Below are positions 39,383 through 52,141 of a DNA stretch of 64,000 bases, in pieces. The notes below the pieces were generated by a model, which was not told where the DNA came from, did no database searches, and was given only the letters and a program-made list of their open reading frames with translations. Made by a program: the position numbers and the translations under genes. The stretch is from Lama glama (taxonomy: Eukaryota), in NCBI GenBank assembly GCA_028534125.1, contig CM052841.1:57350001-57414000 (forward strand). Reading direction: 5' to 3'. Each line of letters opens with the position of its first letter. Positions within the stretch are counted from its first letter, which is position 1.

Positions 39383-39527
39383 GTGAGTTCATCAAAGCTC
39401 TGTATGAGTCGGATGAGAACTGTGAAGTGGACCCAAGCAAGTGCTCGGCCACTGACCTCCCTGAGCACCAGGGCAACCTCAAGATGTGCTGCGAGCTGGC
39501 CTTCTGCAAGATCATCAACTCCTACTG
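39383..39527 (+). CDS. DAB2IP: DAB2IP RasGAP exon ([21 protein letters not shown]...KIINSY-C)
   Basis: Acceptor ctccag|gtgagt, donor tactg|gtcagt; 145 nt. Confidence 0.97.
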
Positions 39528-41954
39528 GTCAGTGCTGCCCCGCACGCCCTTTTTGGCCCCCCACCCTCTCTCCCATCCTCCTATGGCAGGGTGCCTACAG
39601 GGTACTGGGCGCTGTGCTCGCCCACGTGTGCTTCACCCCATCCAGGCAGCCCGGCAATGGAGCTCTGCTCCATCATCCCTGACCTACCAACAGGAGAGCT
39701 GACGTCTAATAAGGAGGAGCAGGTGACATGCCTGCAGCCTCACGCAACTCCAGTCTGGGATGGGAACCCACCTGCTGTCTGACCTCACTGAGTCTTGCTA
39801 GACTGCCAGGGCCCCGTCCTGGTTCTTTTTGGGCTCTCAGATGTAAGGAGCATTCCAGAGTAATGCAGGACATGGTTTGTGCAGTGTTGAAGCCTTCGGT
39901 TTGGCAGTCCACTGCACATGCTTCATAGTGGGCATCCTCTGTGCGCCTGGCAGGTGATGTCATAGGTGATGGGGCTGCACCAGGAGCCAGACTGACAGGG
40001 CCCTGCTCAGGCCTACCTGGGGCAGGTGGATGCTTCACCTGGGACTCTTTACCTGTCCACAGGAGCTGGTGCTCACATCACAGGCTTGTGATCGGACCCA
40101 GCAGGGGCTTGTGTGGGTGCCTGGACATCAGGCAGGCCTCCTGCTGGGACTGTAGAGAACAAAGGAGAAGGGTTGGTCTTCAAACAGAACAGAGGTCTGC
40201 AGGCTCCTGGCAGCCCCTGAAAGGAGCAGGGGTGAGCAGAGCAGGTGCTAACGCAGGACTGCAGTCGGGGCCAGAATCAGTCCAGAGCCACTTCCTGCAA
40301 GGCTGATGTGCCAGGCATGTGCCTGCTCCTGGGGCACATGGGTCTGGGGGCGAGTGACCTGGTGCCGAGCACAGCCCCATTACAGGTGGCTTGCGGGACT
40401 GTGCGGGGCCAGTCCCTGAGCAGTGGGTTTATTTTTACACTAGAGGAGCTGCCCAAATTTGCTCCAGCTCAGGCCTGCGTCCTCCCCATCTCAGTTGCTC
40501 TCCTGACCCCGTTCCCACCCCCTCCCCCAGATATACCTTACTCCTTTCTTTGGTCATATTATTTCCCCTCCTGCTTTAAGGCCTGTATCTGGCTCCCATT
40601 TGTGGTCCTCCTTAGGCTCACCCCTCCTGGGCACTCTGTCACAGCTCTGGTCCCATCAGAGTGGGATGCCTGTGTCCGAGTCCATTGCCTGCACACACTG
40701 TGAAAACCCTAGGGGCAGGCAGATGCACTGGCTCAGGGCTGGGCACTCAGAAGGGCCTGGGATTGTTTTGCTGCTCCCGAAGGACAGGCAGACACAGGCT
40801 GCTAGGGGAGTGGCATCCTCTGGTGGGGGCAGAGCCAATGGGGTGGGCGCCCCCTGCCCAGGTCCCTCTGCCCCAGGGTTGCACACGGTGCTCACCTGGG
40901 GCCCACCTGGCCCCTTGAGCTGAGCCAAAAATGACCCCCGGCTCCAGGGGAAGAGGGGCAGCCAGAGTGCCTGAACTCTGGAGCATACTTCCCAGCCTAG
41001 GGCCAGGCTTTGTTTTCACCCTCTGCCCCGCTGCTCCCAGGGCGGGCCGGGTGTGGAACGCAGGGAAACATGTCCACAGACAATGATTTTCCATTTCCTC
41101 TTTCTGACATTTGTAGAAGCCCAGAGGCACCTCTCAGTTCTGAGCAAGGCCGTCGATAGATGTTATCACTCAGCACCTACCCCCTGCCCAGTCCTCTGCC
41201 AGGCACTTCGGGGGCCAAGACTAAAGGTCACCTGCCTTCACTTCCTCTCCAGCCATGTCCTTGTTGGTTTAGCCCCATTCACTACCAGAGCCTGCTGGGC
41301 TGGGTTCTGGGCTTGTTGGGCAAAAGCTTTTCAAGTTGCTCAAGGCCTCTTAAGGCCATGAGATGGCTCTGTGAGCTCAGCAGGGCAGGCCTTGTTCTCA
41401 GTGAGAGTGAGGAGACCGAAGCCCGGGGAGGGCCAGGCCCTGAGTCAGAGCACCCTGGGCTAGTGAGAGAGCCAGGGGTAGACTGGGTCCAGGGAATACA
41501 CATCTTCTAGAGTGAAAAGATTGGAAGGCCACTTAAAGGGTCTCACTGTGGCCGGGTGGGGATGCCTAGTGGAGAGAGCCCCCAGCCGGTGCTGGGCCCC
41601 CTGCCCACACTCAATCGTGGCTGCCTGGGGAGGTCGCTGCCTCTCCATCGAGAAAGCGGGGAGCTGTGTTCTCACTCAAGGTCAGGATACTCCCGTCTTC
41701 TTGATCATGCCCAGCTCTGCTGAAGCCCCCTAGGGCGTCCCTGCTGCTTCTGCTAGCCGAGCACACGCTCTGTGCCTGCACCGTGCTGTCCCTGTGCCCC
41801 TGCGCTCTGCATGGTGGATGGCGGAGCGATGGGCTCAGAGGACTCGGGCGGCGGGTGGAGTGGCGCTGGAACTTGGCTCCGTTGGACCTGGGACCAGGTC
41901 TCTGCTCTGCCCCCTGCCTGACCCTTGGGCCCACCCTCGCCTGTCCCTGCACAG

Positions 41955-42191
41955 CGTCTTCCCACGGGAGCTGAAGGAGGTGTTCGCCTCGTGGCGGCAG
42001 GAGTGCAGCAGCCGGGGCCGGCCGGACATCAGCGAGCGGCTCATCAGTGCCTCCCTGTTTCTGCGCNNNNNNNNNNNNNNNNNNNNNNNNNNNNNNNNNN
42101 NNNNNNNNNNNNNNNNNNNNNNNNNNNNNNNNNNNNNNNNNNNNNNNNNNNNNNNNNNNNNNNNNNNNNNNNNNNNNNNNNNNNNNNNNNN
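41955..42191 (+). CDS. DAB2IP: DAB2IP RasGAP exon with the FLR motif ([10 protein letters not shown]...ASLFLR...)
   Basis: Acceptor gcacag|cgtctt; RasGAP FLR signature visible just before N-run 42067-42214; end inferred from the expected 237-nt length. Confidence 0.92.
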
Positions 42192-43769
42192 NNNNNNNNN
42201 NNNNNNNNNNNNNNACAGAGTCAGGGCGCAGGCTGGAGCCCGTGGTAGGGGTCTGTCCCCTAGCTGGGCTGTGCCACAGCCCCTGCTTCAGCCCCCGCCA
42301 TCCTCAGGCCTCCCCCTTTCCTTTCTTCAGAGTAAAATCTCCACACCCCATCCTCTCCCTACTGAAAGTACTTGCCATTTTGCTGTTTCTTTAATTTTCA
42401 GAGGTGAGAACACAAGATATTTTTTCCTTCTGCTTCTTTGAGTTACCATTTTATCATAAGGACTCTGCCATGTAGTTAACATTCATAAGCTTCATTTTGA
42501 AATGAATGACTAATACGCCTCCGAGGGAGCAGGGCCCATGTCTCCTTACCCTGTCCCCTGTGCTGGACACTTAGGTGGTTTCAGACCATCCTTGTCTAAT
42601 GCTGCCAAGGCCGTCTTTGCTCCTGAAGCACTTCAGTGTTCTCGCTGTACCTCGGCCGAGCAGGTGGAAACAGAAGGGCTGGGTCATCTAGCGCTCTCAC
42701 CAGGCGTGGATGGAGCCCCTCTCCGGGTCTTCTCTGTGCTGGGCTGTGAATCACGCCTGGTCCCTGCGCTCTTCAGCAGGTGACAGAGCTGTGGTAGAGA
42801 TGTGCATGGCCTCGTAGGAGGGCCCTAAGCTTGTGGGGAGAGGGGAGAAACTTCCTGAAAGACGTGCTTCCCCAGCTATGTGTCAGGGTGAAAGGCAGCA
42901 GCAGCAGCCGCGGGGCAGGGCCGGGGGGCTGCGTGCTGGAGGGAGGGACCAGGCGCTGTGAGCTTCCTCAGTCATCCAGTGCCAGGCTGGGGAAGTGGGA
43001 GATGAGACCCAAGAGGACAGCAGGGACTTGGAAGCCAGACAGGGCAGTGGGAGCCGCCAAAGGGCTTTGAGCAGGAGAGAGGGTGGCCCTCATCTGTCTG
43101 GGTCCTGAAAAGTTCAGCCTGACAGCAGTGGTGCAGGAGGGGTGGAAGAGATCAGGACTGGCAGCCAAGACTGGGAGGAGAGCAGAGCTATGGTTCCCAT
43201 AAGAGAAAAGTGGTGGAAGCTTTGGCTCAGGAAGGTGGCGGCAACGGGGGGCAGTGGCTGCAAGGTCAGCGGGTGATGAGAAGATAAAGTCAGCAGGTCT
43301 GCCGGTTGTGAGAAAGGGAGAGGGAGGAACTGACCACGGCCAGGCTTCCAGCTCAGTCCTCTGCTGGATGGTAGTGTCTCCACTTGGGATAGGGAGCCTA
43401 GGAGGAGGACAGGGGTTTGGGGTGATGGGGATGACTGCACACCTGACTGAGCTGAGGATGAAGGGAGGTGCCTGTGGATGTACATGTCTGAAAGTCAGCA
43501 GAGAGACCTGGCCGAGCGTGGACTGAGAGTCATCTGCGCACCAGGCCATTGACACTGAAGGAAAAGAGGAAGGAGACTGGGACCAGCAGTGAATGGAGAG
43601 TGAGGTCCAGGAAGGCTGTCTGGACTTAGTCGTGAGGAAACAGGGCCCTGAGCTAGAATGGATTGGGAGGCAGCCAAGGCGGGCAAGGAGGGATGGGAGG
43701 TGAGGGGGTCTCGGAAGGAGGAGCCCCTCGATGGCACCTGGGCACTTACCCAGTGTGCTCCATCTCCAG

Positions 43770-43971
43770 GTTTGGCAGCAAGGAGGAGTACATGTCATTC
43801 ATGAACCAGTTCCTGGAGCACGAGTGGACCAACATGCAGCGCTTCCTGCTGGAAATCTCCAACCCCGAGACCATCTCCAACACGGCTGGCTTCGAGGGCT
43901 ACATCGACCTGGGCCGCGAGCTCTCCAGCCTGCACTCGCTGCTCTGGGAGGCCGTCAGCCAGCTGGAGCAG
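43770..43971 (+). CDS. DAB2IP: DAB2IP exon, end of GAP domain ([19 protein letters not shown]...AVSQLEQ)
   Basis: Acceptor ctccag|gtttgg, donor gagcag|gtgcct; 202 nt. Confidence 0.97.
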
Positions 43972-45684
43972 GTGCCTGTCCGCACTGGGCTGCGATGGGG
44001 CAGAGGGCGGGCCGAAGGCCACTGCAGAGCTCGAGGCTGCTCCTCCCCCCAGAGTAACCTGGAGGTCGAAGTGTTCGCCTGCGGGGTGTGGGTCAGCAGC
44101 CCTGCCCAGGCAGCAGAGCCAGAGGGTCCGGCCCAGGCCCTGTCAACATGCACTGGGGATCTCGGGCACCGTTTCCTCGGTGAGGGTGCCACGTCCACTC
44201 GCTGGCACCTGCCGGGGGTGCCTGCTCCGTGTACCGAGGCTTTGGCTGTGCCTCCCGCACACTGGTGTTGAGTAGATGGAGTCCCTGTATGAAGGTGTGC
44301 TCCCTACCCGTGAGAAACGTGATCAGGTTTAGCCATTTATCCAAAAACATCTTTGCTATGGGTTTTGATGCCACTGATATGGAAAAGATAGATTCTGAAG
44401 ATGCTGTACCTCCACGTGTCAGGCGGGAAGCTACAAACCTTTCCATCTGATGCCCTTGACCATCAGTTGAAATGGTTATTCCCTAGGCACCTCTGACATT
44501 GCTGCAGCCACCAGGAGTGCAGCCTCCGTGGCCTGGGGTTCCACTGCCTCCAGCAGCCCTAGCCCACACAGCGAGCAGCTTCTCGGCAGCCAGGGCTGAG
44601 CCCGCCAGGATCCACTTCCAGAGCATGTTGCTTTCCAGGGCTCTGGGAGACCATCTCACAGAAGTAGCTACTGCTGAACCAGAGCTGGAGGGCCTCCCTG
44701 CTCGTGGCGATCCCTGGAGGTGACCCCTCAGGGCGCTGTGGTGTACAGCCTTCTAGATAGATCTGTGCGTGTGTTAAGTACACACACAGGCAGAGTTGTT
44801 TCCTTTTTAAAGTGAGAACTTACCGTGCACTGCAGAGCGTGCTTCTCACTCCCTCTGTCGTGGGCATCTTTCTACAGTGGTACCTGCTGCACTGCCACTG
44901 CAACCTTTCTGATGGCCACGGACCGTTCCATCACACGACTGCATCGTTATTTCACCGGCTTCTCAGATTAGTCCCAGCTTTTCACTACAAGCAGACTCGC
45001 AGTCCTTTCTACTCACTTATATCCATAGGCTGCGAGAGACCCAGGAGGGAGAAATGGAAATGAGGGCCAAGGCCCTCTCTTCCTCCACTGCTGCCAGCGC
45101 CAGTCACTCTACTGCCACCACTTACTGAGTCCCTGTGCCAGTCATTGTCCTCTGTATCTGCGCAGCCAGGCAGGGAGTACAGAAGATGGTCAGCAGCTGT
45201 CACAGCTAACAGAGTTGCAGCAGGATTTAAAATTGAGCTGTTTGCCACTGACATCTCTTCTCTCTTGACTACCCGAGTTTTCACGCTTTCTTTTTGCACA
45301 AAGCCCTGGGTGGGAGCTGGTGCATGAGCAGGTGCAGGCTGAGTCCCCTTCCCCCAGCCTGGAGCCCTTAGCATTGTCCATCTCAACCAAGACAGTGTGT
45401 TTCAGATGCCCCAGGTGCCACCCTCTGCGTGACCAGTCACCTGTTACTCATCTGATAGGCGTGTGGTGGTGCCTGCTCTGTACCTGGGCCATCATCACTG
45501 GAGCTCTGGTGTCAAAGTGGGTCAGGCCCCAGCCCACCCTGTGGAGTAGGTGACGTGGGCCAGGGCTGTCCCAGAAGCCTCTCGGATGGGGAGGTGCAGG
45601 TGGGGAAATTCGGGTATTCCTTGTGGGCTTCTCTCTCTGCGGGGGCACCGAGGTAGGATGAACTAGGGTGAGAGGCTGGAGCTA

Positions 45685-45870
45685 GGTCAGCGTTTCTCCT
45701 ATGGGCTTCACCCCGTCTCACAAATATCCAGGGAGCTGGTAAAAATTTAATTTGCAATTTCTGGGCTCCTTCCCCCCTCCCAGACCTGTTGGATCTGACT
45801 GCAGGGGAGGGCGGGCCTGCATTTCTGACCGGCTCCGTAGCAGTTCTGAACATAGTGACTGCAGTGCACT
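45685..45870. mobile_element. MER5-like hAT-Charlie DNA transposon fossil
   Basis: ccagggagctggtaaaaat...tttctgggctcc...cccagacct...cctgcatttctgacc resembles MER5A. Confidence 0.55.
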
Positions 45871-45926
45871 TGTCCTCCCCAGGTGGCCCCCGTGGGTCAC
45901 ACCTGCCTCTTGCTGTGTCTTTGCAG

Positions 45927-46105
45927 AGCATTGTATCCAAACTGGGGCCTCTGCCTCGAATCCTGAGGGACGTTCACACGGCACTGAGCACCCCAGGGAG
46001 TGGACAGCTTGCAGGGACCAACGACTTGGCCTCCACACCTGGCTCCGGCAGCAGCAGCATCTCAGCTGGGCTGCAGAAGATGGTGATTGAGAATGATCTC
46101 TCTGG
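45927..46105 (+). CDS. DAB2IP: DAB2IP exon ([16 protein letters not shown]...MVIENDLS-G)
   Basis: Acceptor ttgcag|agcatt, donor tctgg|gtaaga; 179 nt. Confidence 0.96.
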
Positions 46106-46409
46106 GTAAGAACCGCTCGGCACGCTGGGTGTTGTGGGGTACACATGCAGGCAAGGTGCAGCCCATCTGCAGTCTCATTTGGAGAAGAAGCCTGCACAGG
46201 TGTTCATAAACAAGCTGAGGGAGACTCATGTTTTATAGGCAGGTGGTCAACTTCTGTTTGGGAAGTATCAGGGGAGGCTCTCTGGTGGAGGTGGTACTAT
46301 AGTTCTGAGCCTTTTAGGAAAAGTAACATTCCCATTGGTGGAAAAGGCATTCTAGGTAGAGGGACTAGTACAGACAAAGGACTGGAGAAAGGTAACATCT
46401 TTTGATGAA

Positions 46410-46560
46410 GAACAGTTACAACACCTCCACATCACTGGGTGGTGTTAAAAATACTTGTTTTCTGGTATCTCCTGGACCTGAATCAGAATCTCCAGAAGTG
46501 GTGCTCCAGGGTGTATGTTTTCAAGAGGGGCTCAGGTAAAGCAAGGCTTAGAGGCTGGGA
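46410..46560. mobile_element. MER5-like hAT-Charlie DNA transposon fossil
   Basis: tgttaaaaatac...ggacctgaatcagaatctccagaagtggtgctccagggtgtatgttttcaag. Confidence 0.55.
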
Positions 46561-48122
46561 GCCTGGGAAAACTAGAGAGGTGCTGAGGTCCAGCCCCAGG
46601 ATGAGTGGCCTGTAAATAAAATACACCCCTCCACAGTGGAGGGGGAGGTGAAGTGTTCTCGAGTGTTGACATCAAAAAGAGGGCATTCCTTTGAAAACCT
46701 AGGCATTTGTATTGAACTGTTTATGCCCCGTTCCTATACTTCCCCCTCTTACCGGGGCCATCTTGGAGCAGCTGGTGAGGATGAGGCTGGAGCAGCAGAG
46801 TTGGGAGCTGTCTCGTTCTGAGGTGGTGGCAGCTGCGAGAGGCTTTTAGCAGGCTAGGGCATTGCGATCAAGGACCTGGGGGGTGTGGTGTGTGGGACTG
46901 GAGGCCCAGGAGGAGGCCGGAGGTGCAGAGATCTTGATGCTCCTTCCAGGGTCCTCCTGAATCTTGAGGGGCCATTCATTCAACCTGCCGAGTGAGGCAG
47001 AGCAAGCCTTCAGGTGGGGACACACACCTTGGCCAAGAGGTGGCCGGGCACATGGGTTCTTGGGAGACCTGACCTTGCCATCTGGCTGGATAGCCAAGGC
47101 CCATGGCTGGTCAGCTTTCTCCTGGCTCTGTCTACTGCCCTTGTCCACTTCTTCTAGGCCCACAAGTACTGTGGCTGTGAGTGGCCGTGGCCTGCCCTGC
47201 CTGAGTCCCATCACTTGGGGCTTGGCACTTCCTCTCCATCCCAGGCTAAGCCAACTCCATTCCAAGCCTCTGTGGAACCCCCAGGTTCTTGCTACCTCCA
47301 GCCCAGAGCCCTGTTCACCGCTCTACATCCTTATTCCCAAAGCCCAACTGGCCCCACCACTCTGCCTTCTTCCGGGAAGGGGCCAGAGAGAGGCTGAGGC
47401 ACTGGGGGAGAGAATGGCCTGCCACTGCAGGTGCAGACCCTCCCCTCCTGAGTCACACCTTGAGAATCCTCCTCTGATTCCTTGTTTTTGCCGGAAACAC
47501 CAGCCCCCGCCTGCCAGTCAGACAAGAGGTGGCAGCAGGAGGCTGCAGAGGAGGCTTCTCTCTGTTCAGGCCCCCACTTAGGTTATCAGTCTGATTAGGA
47601 ACAAGAGGGAAGAGGCAAAAGGAGCCCCCGCGGCTTTGAAGTCGGAGTTCTCAGTGCAGGGCCCTTGGATAGCAGAGAGCCAGTGCACTGTGGGTTTGGG
47701 TTTAGCTAAGGGAAATTTTCCAGAATACTCCACACCCCAGAACCCACTGTCCCGAGGTGCAGCTGAGCAGGGAGAGGGCCTGCGGGGCAGCCTGGCCTGA
47801 CGCTGGCATTGCGGGCCCCTAGTGCAGAGGACTGTGCGGGAGCAGCCATCGCGGCCCCTCAGCCCTCGTGGTGGCTTCTGCCAGGATCAGCTGCCAGCCT
47901 GTGGTTTGGCTTTGCAGCTGGGCCTCTGTTCCTGGGACTCTCCCATTCTTGCTGCCCCGCCCTCCCCTCCCTTGCCTCCCCTCCCCTGCCTTCCCTCTCC
48001 TCCCCGCCCTGGCTCAGGCCGTGGGCGGCAGGTTGGCGGGGCTCTCGGTTGGGACCCGCCTCGGCCGCATTCANNNNNNNNNNNNNNNNNNNNNNNNNNN
48101 NNNNNNNNNNNNNNNNNNNNNN

Positions 48123-49011
48123 NNNNNNNNNNNNNNNNNNNNNNNNNNNNNNNNNNNNNNNNNNNNNNNNNNNNNNNNNNNNNNNNNNNNNNNNNNNNNN
48201 NNNNNNNNNNNNNNNNNNNNNNNNNNNNNNNNNNNNNNNNNNNNNNNNNNNNNNNNNNNNNNNNNNNNNNNNNNNNNNNNNNNNNNNNNNNNNCCTCCAA
48301 GACGCCCGCACACTGGACGGAGAGGCGGGCTCCCCGGCGGGCACTGATGCCCTCGCCACTGACGGGCAGGCACCTACCACTCAGCTGGTGGCTGGGTGGC
48401 CGGCCCGGGCAGCTCCGGTGAGCCTGGCAGGGCTGGCCACGGTGCGGCGGGCAGGCCAGACGCCGACCACACCAGGCACCTCAGAGGGCGCGCCGGGCCG
48501 GCCCCAGCTCTTGGCACCGCTCTCCTTCCAGAACCCTGTGTACCAGATGGCGGCCGGCCTGCCGCTGTCTCCTCGCGGCCTCGGCGACTCGGGCTCTGAG
48601 GGCCACAGCTCCTTGAGCTCCCACAGCAACAGCGAGGAGCTGGCGGCTGCCGCCAAGCTGGGAAGTTTCAGCAGTGCCGCTGAAGAGCTGGGGCGGCGCC
48701 CCGGGGAGCTGGCGCGGCGGCAGATGTCGCTGACTGAGAAGGGCGGGCAGCCCACAGTGCCCCGCCAGAACAGCGCCGGCCCCCAGCGGAGGATCGATCA
48801 GCCGCCGCCTCCACCCCCGCCGCCACCTCCTGCCCCCCGCGGCCGGACACCACCCACCCTACTGAGCACCCTGCAGTACCCCCGGCCCTCAAGCGGGACC
48901 CTGGCATCAGCCTCACCCGACTGGGCCGGCCCTGGAGCTCGGCTGCGGCAGCAGTCCTCCTCCTCCAAGGGCGACAGCCCGGAGCTGAAGCCTCGTGCGG
49001 TGCACAAGCAG
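48123..49011 (+). CDS. DAB2IP: Large DAB2IP exon with the Ser-rich/period-like and polyproline region (...[12 protein letters not shown]...[15 protein letters not shown]...AVHKQ)
   Basis: Open frame 48295-49011 matches DAB2IP ([10 protein letters not shown], polyproline); donor aagcag|gtcagt; start inferred inside N-run 48074-48293. Confidence 0.93.
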
Positions 49012-49686
49012 GTCAGTGCCGTCGGTCAGAGGGCATGCCCAGCTCTCTTGCCTGGGGGGTGGTCTTACCCCATGTCGTGCTGCTCCTCCTGGTCATGTCA
49101 CCTCCACCCGCAGCCAGCCGCCATCCCATGCTAAATGATGCCACATTTGGCCCCATCCCACCACCCTGCCCTACCCTGCACATCACCACCCCCTCCCCCA
49201 GGCTCCACGGGCCCCTACCTAAGTCTTGCAAATGAGGGCACTGTAGCCTGGGGGACTCTCTGCCAGTTCCCTCAGAGACATCTGGGGTCAGGGAGGAAGA
49301 AGGAGGGGTCCATCCACCTCCAGTTCCAAGCCTGTTGAAGCCCGACCAAGAATAAGAGTTGGCATGGCCCCCAGGAACCCCTCCCTGCTCTGAGCTGGTC
49401 TCCTGGGCTTTCCACGCAGTAGGCAAAACAGATGTGCTTTGGGTTGGGCACCTGACCTACCAGGCCAAGCTCACTGGCTCTCAGCTGGGTGACAGAGAGC
49501 CATGCTCAGGCCACCTGGGCTGTTGACTTCAGGTTGCCATCTAGGAGTTGGGAGTTCCCTGGGCCAGGGGCTGCGTCCGAGGTGCCTAGTCAGCTGAAGC
49601 TCCCCTCTGAGCCACTCGCCCCCATGGCTCACCCGGGATCCCTCCCAGTCTTCCCTCCAGCCCCTCACAGCTGTGTTTCATCGCAG

Positions 49687-49839
49687 GGCCCTTCACCCGT
49701 GAGCCCCAATGCCCTGGACCNNNNNNNNNNNNNNNNNNNNNNNNNNNNNNNNNNNNNNNNNNNNNNNNNNNNNNNNNNNNNNNNNNNNNNNNNNNNNNNN
49801 NNNNNNNNNNNNNNNNNNNNNNNNNNNNNNNNNNNNNNN
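49687..49839 (+). CDS. DAB2IP: DAB2IP exon (GPSPVSPNALDR...SQAEK)
   Basis: Acceptor tcgcag|ggccct, reads GPSPVSPNALD into N-run 49721-49852; end inferred (153 nt). Confidence 0.88.
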
Positions 49840-51947
49840 NNNNNNNNNNNNNCTGGCAGCTCCGGGCAGGGCGGGCTGCCTCCCCGCGGTGGCTGGCGGG
49901 ATTCTGCCCGCTGGAGCCCTGAATACGGGGCCCTCCTTGTTCTCACAAATGGCCAGTCCCTTCTCAACTCCCTGGTCCCACATGAGGACAGCAGTCAGTG
50001 GAATTTGGAGGATTTAGCTTAAATCTGAGGTGTCTATATGGGCTGTACGGAGACTCACCTAGAAATTGTACTGAATCCAGACTCAGGAGGCATCTTCCCT
50101 CAGTGACTGGGCAGCCGAGCTTCTGAGAATCTAAGACTTGAGAATGTAGGACTTGGGGGTCTAGGGTGCCAAAGAAGTGCATGGAGACCTTTGGGGGAGC
50201 CTTATGCACGAAGAGGCAGAGACGTGGGTTCACAAGACAGTGGGGAGAGGCTCCCCAGCCAGGCTCTTCCACTCCAGGATCGTGCCGACCCATGGCCTGG
50301 TGCTCTCCCAGTCCCCATTTCCGCAGGGTCTAGGGCAGAAACCCAGGGAGGGGTGCTGTCAGGTTGCTACTGAGGTATTCTCTTCCTTTCAGGGGAAAAA
50401 TATTGGCCCTAAAACATCTACATCCCACCCCATCACACATCTAGCATGGTGGGCAGCAGGGTAAGCCAGTTCTCCAGAATTATTTCAGTTACTGTGGCAG
50501 CTGCTCTGGGTCCACATCTGGTCCTGATCTCCTCCTGGAGGCCAAAACCCAGGTTGATGCTGGACCCAGGCCGAGGCCCCCCACTTACCGTGGGTGCCCT
50601 CACCCTCCTTGGCCTCAGGAAAGCCTGTAGCAGCCTTTCAGGCGAGGACACGGAGGTCAGGGGTCTGCACTCCCTCTCCCTGGCCTGGGGCCAGGTCCAT
50701 GTCCATGCTGCATTCCGCCGCCTCCACCATCCCCTTGGTGCACTGCATCCACCTGCTTTCACCATTATTATGTGAAGGGGACCAGGGGACAGGGAGCACA
50801 GTGCTCCAAGAGCCAGCATTTGGGGAGCAAAGAGGGCCAGTCTCAGCCCAGGCTCTGTGCCTTTCCGAGACCACGTTCCCCTCTGTGGATTGCAGGGTTT
50901 GCCCGAAAGATTTCAAGAGTTAGGCAGCCGGAGTGTCCTCTTTCCTAGGCCAGGTGAGCTGCTGCTTCTCTCGCTGTCTTGCTATTAACCCTCGCAGGAG
51001 TTCTCTCAAGCTTCCTGGAGACCGGGTCCTGCCTTTGTCAGGGAGGGCCCTCCTGACCCCTTTCTGACCAGCCGAGCAGAGGACTCGGGATGGGGCTGTT
51101 TCTCCTGGAGCTGGGCTTTTTTATGGGTCCAGCTTTGCTTCAGGAGTTAGGTTTGGGGTGGGATTGGGGTCTCTCCACAGTCTGCCTTCTGAGCTCTGGG
51201 CAGGCCTTGCTGATGAGTGAATCGGGCTCCCGTTGCCTGGGGCTCAAGAAGAGGCTTTTCCTGCCTCCCCCTTCCCTGTATTCTCACGGCCCCCAGCCTC
51301 CAACCCCTTGATTCCCGTGTTGACCTTGCCTCTCCCTCGGTCCAGCTCACCCGGCCTCCCGGCTCGCTGCTTCTCTTGCCACTTTACATGTCCCTTCTCT
51401 TCCCCGAAGGTTGAGTCAGATCTAGAAAGCTCTGGACCGCCTTGCCTTTATCTGTCCCCTCACTTCCCATGCCACTGCCATGGCTTTAGGGACAAATCAA
51501 GGCTGGGACCTCACCCTGCCAGTCACGCACTCTACTCTCCGTGTGATTGGGTCACTTGCTTTCTGGGCCTCAGTTTCCCCTCCTATAGAGGCTTTACCTC
51601 TCAGAGCACTGTCAGAACTCCTGAATGTACCCAGGAGGTTTTTAACCTTTGTTAATTATGAAAAGCTCAAGATCCTTACTTCTGAGATCTGGGTTTGAGT
51701 CTTCATCCCCCTCGTAACTGTAGGGTCAGGCTAGGGGGTGGGAGAGCCCTGGACAGGGGACAGGCTTTTAGTCTCACCTTGGCCTCTCTGCCTGGGCTCC
51801 TTGGGCGTTCCCCCCGGGCGAAGTGGGCTGGGATGGACCCTGGGCATTCTGAGCCGGGCTCCCTCCCGCCCCGTGCCCCCGCTCAGCTCATGAGGCTGTG
51901 CTCTCTGTCCTGGGTGCTGTGCCCGTGGCACGCTGCCCTCCTGGCAG

Positions 51948-52141
51948 GACCTGGCAGTACTGCAGGACAAGTTGCGAATCTCCACCAAGAAGCTGGAGGA
52001 GTATGAGACCCTGTTCAAGTGCCAGGAGGAGACAACACAGAAGCTGGTGCTGGAGTATCAGGCACGGCTGGAGGAGGGCGAGGAGCGGCTGCGACGGCAA
52101 CAGGAGGACAAGGACATCCAGATGAAGGGCATCATCAGCAG
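51948..52141 (+). CDS. DAB2IP: DAB2IP coiled-coil exon (DLAVLQDKLRISTKKLEEYE...MKGIIS-R)
   Basis: Acceptor tggcag|gacctg, donor agcag|gtgagg; 194 nt. Confidence 0.97.

Noticed and set aside
47809-49134. 441-aa ORF as a standalone gene
   Set aside because: It is the large DAB2IP exon plus intronic flanks and masked bases
49655-51960. Nearby alternative AG acceptors (49660, 49670, 51957)
   Set aside because: All would shift the frame and there is no supporting evidence
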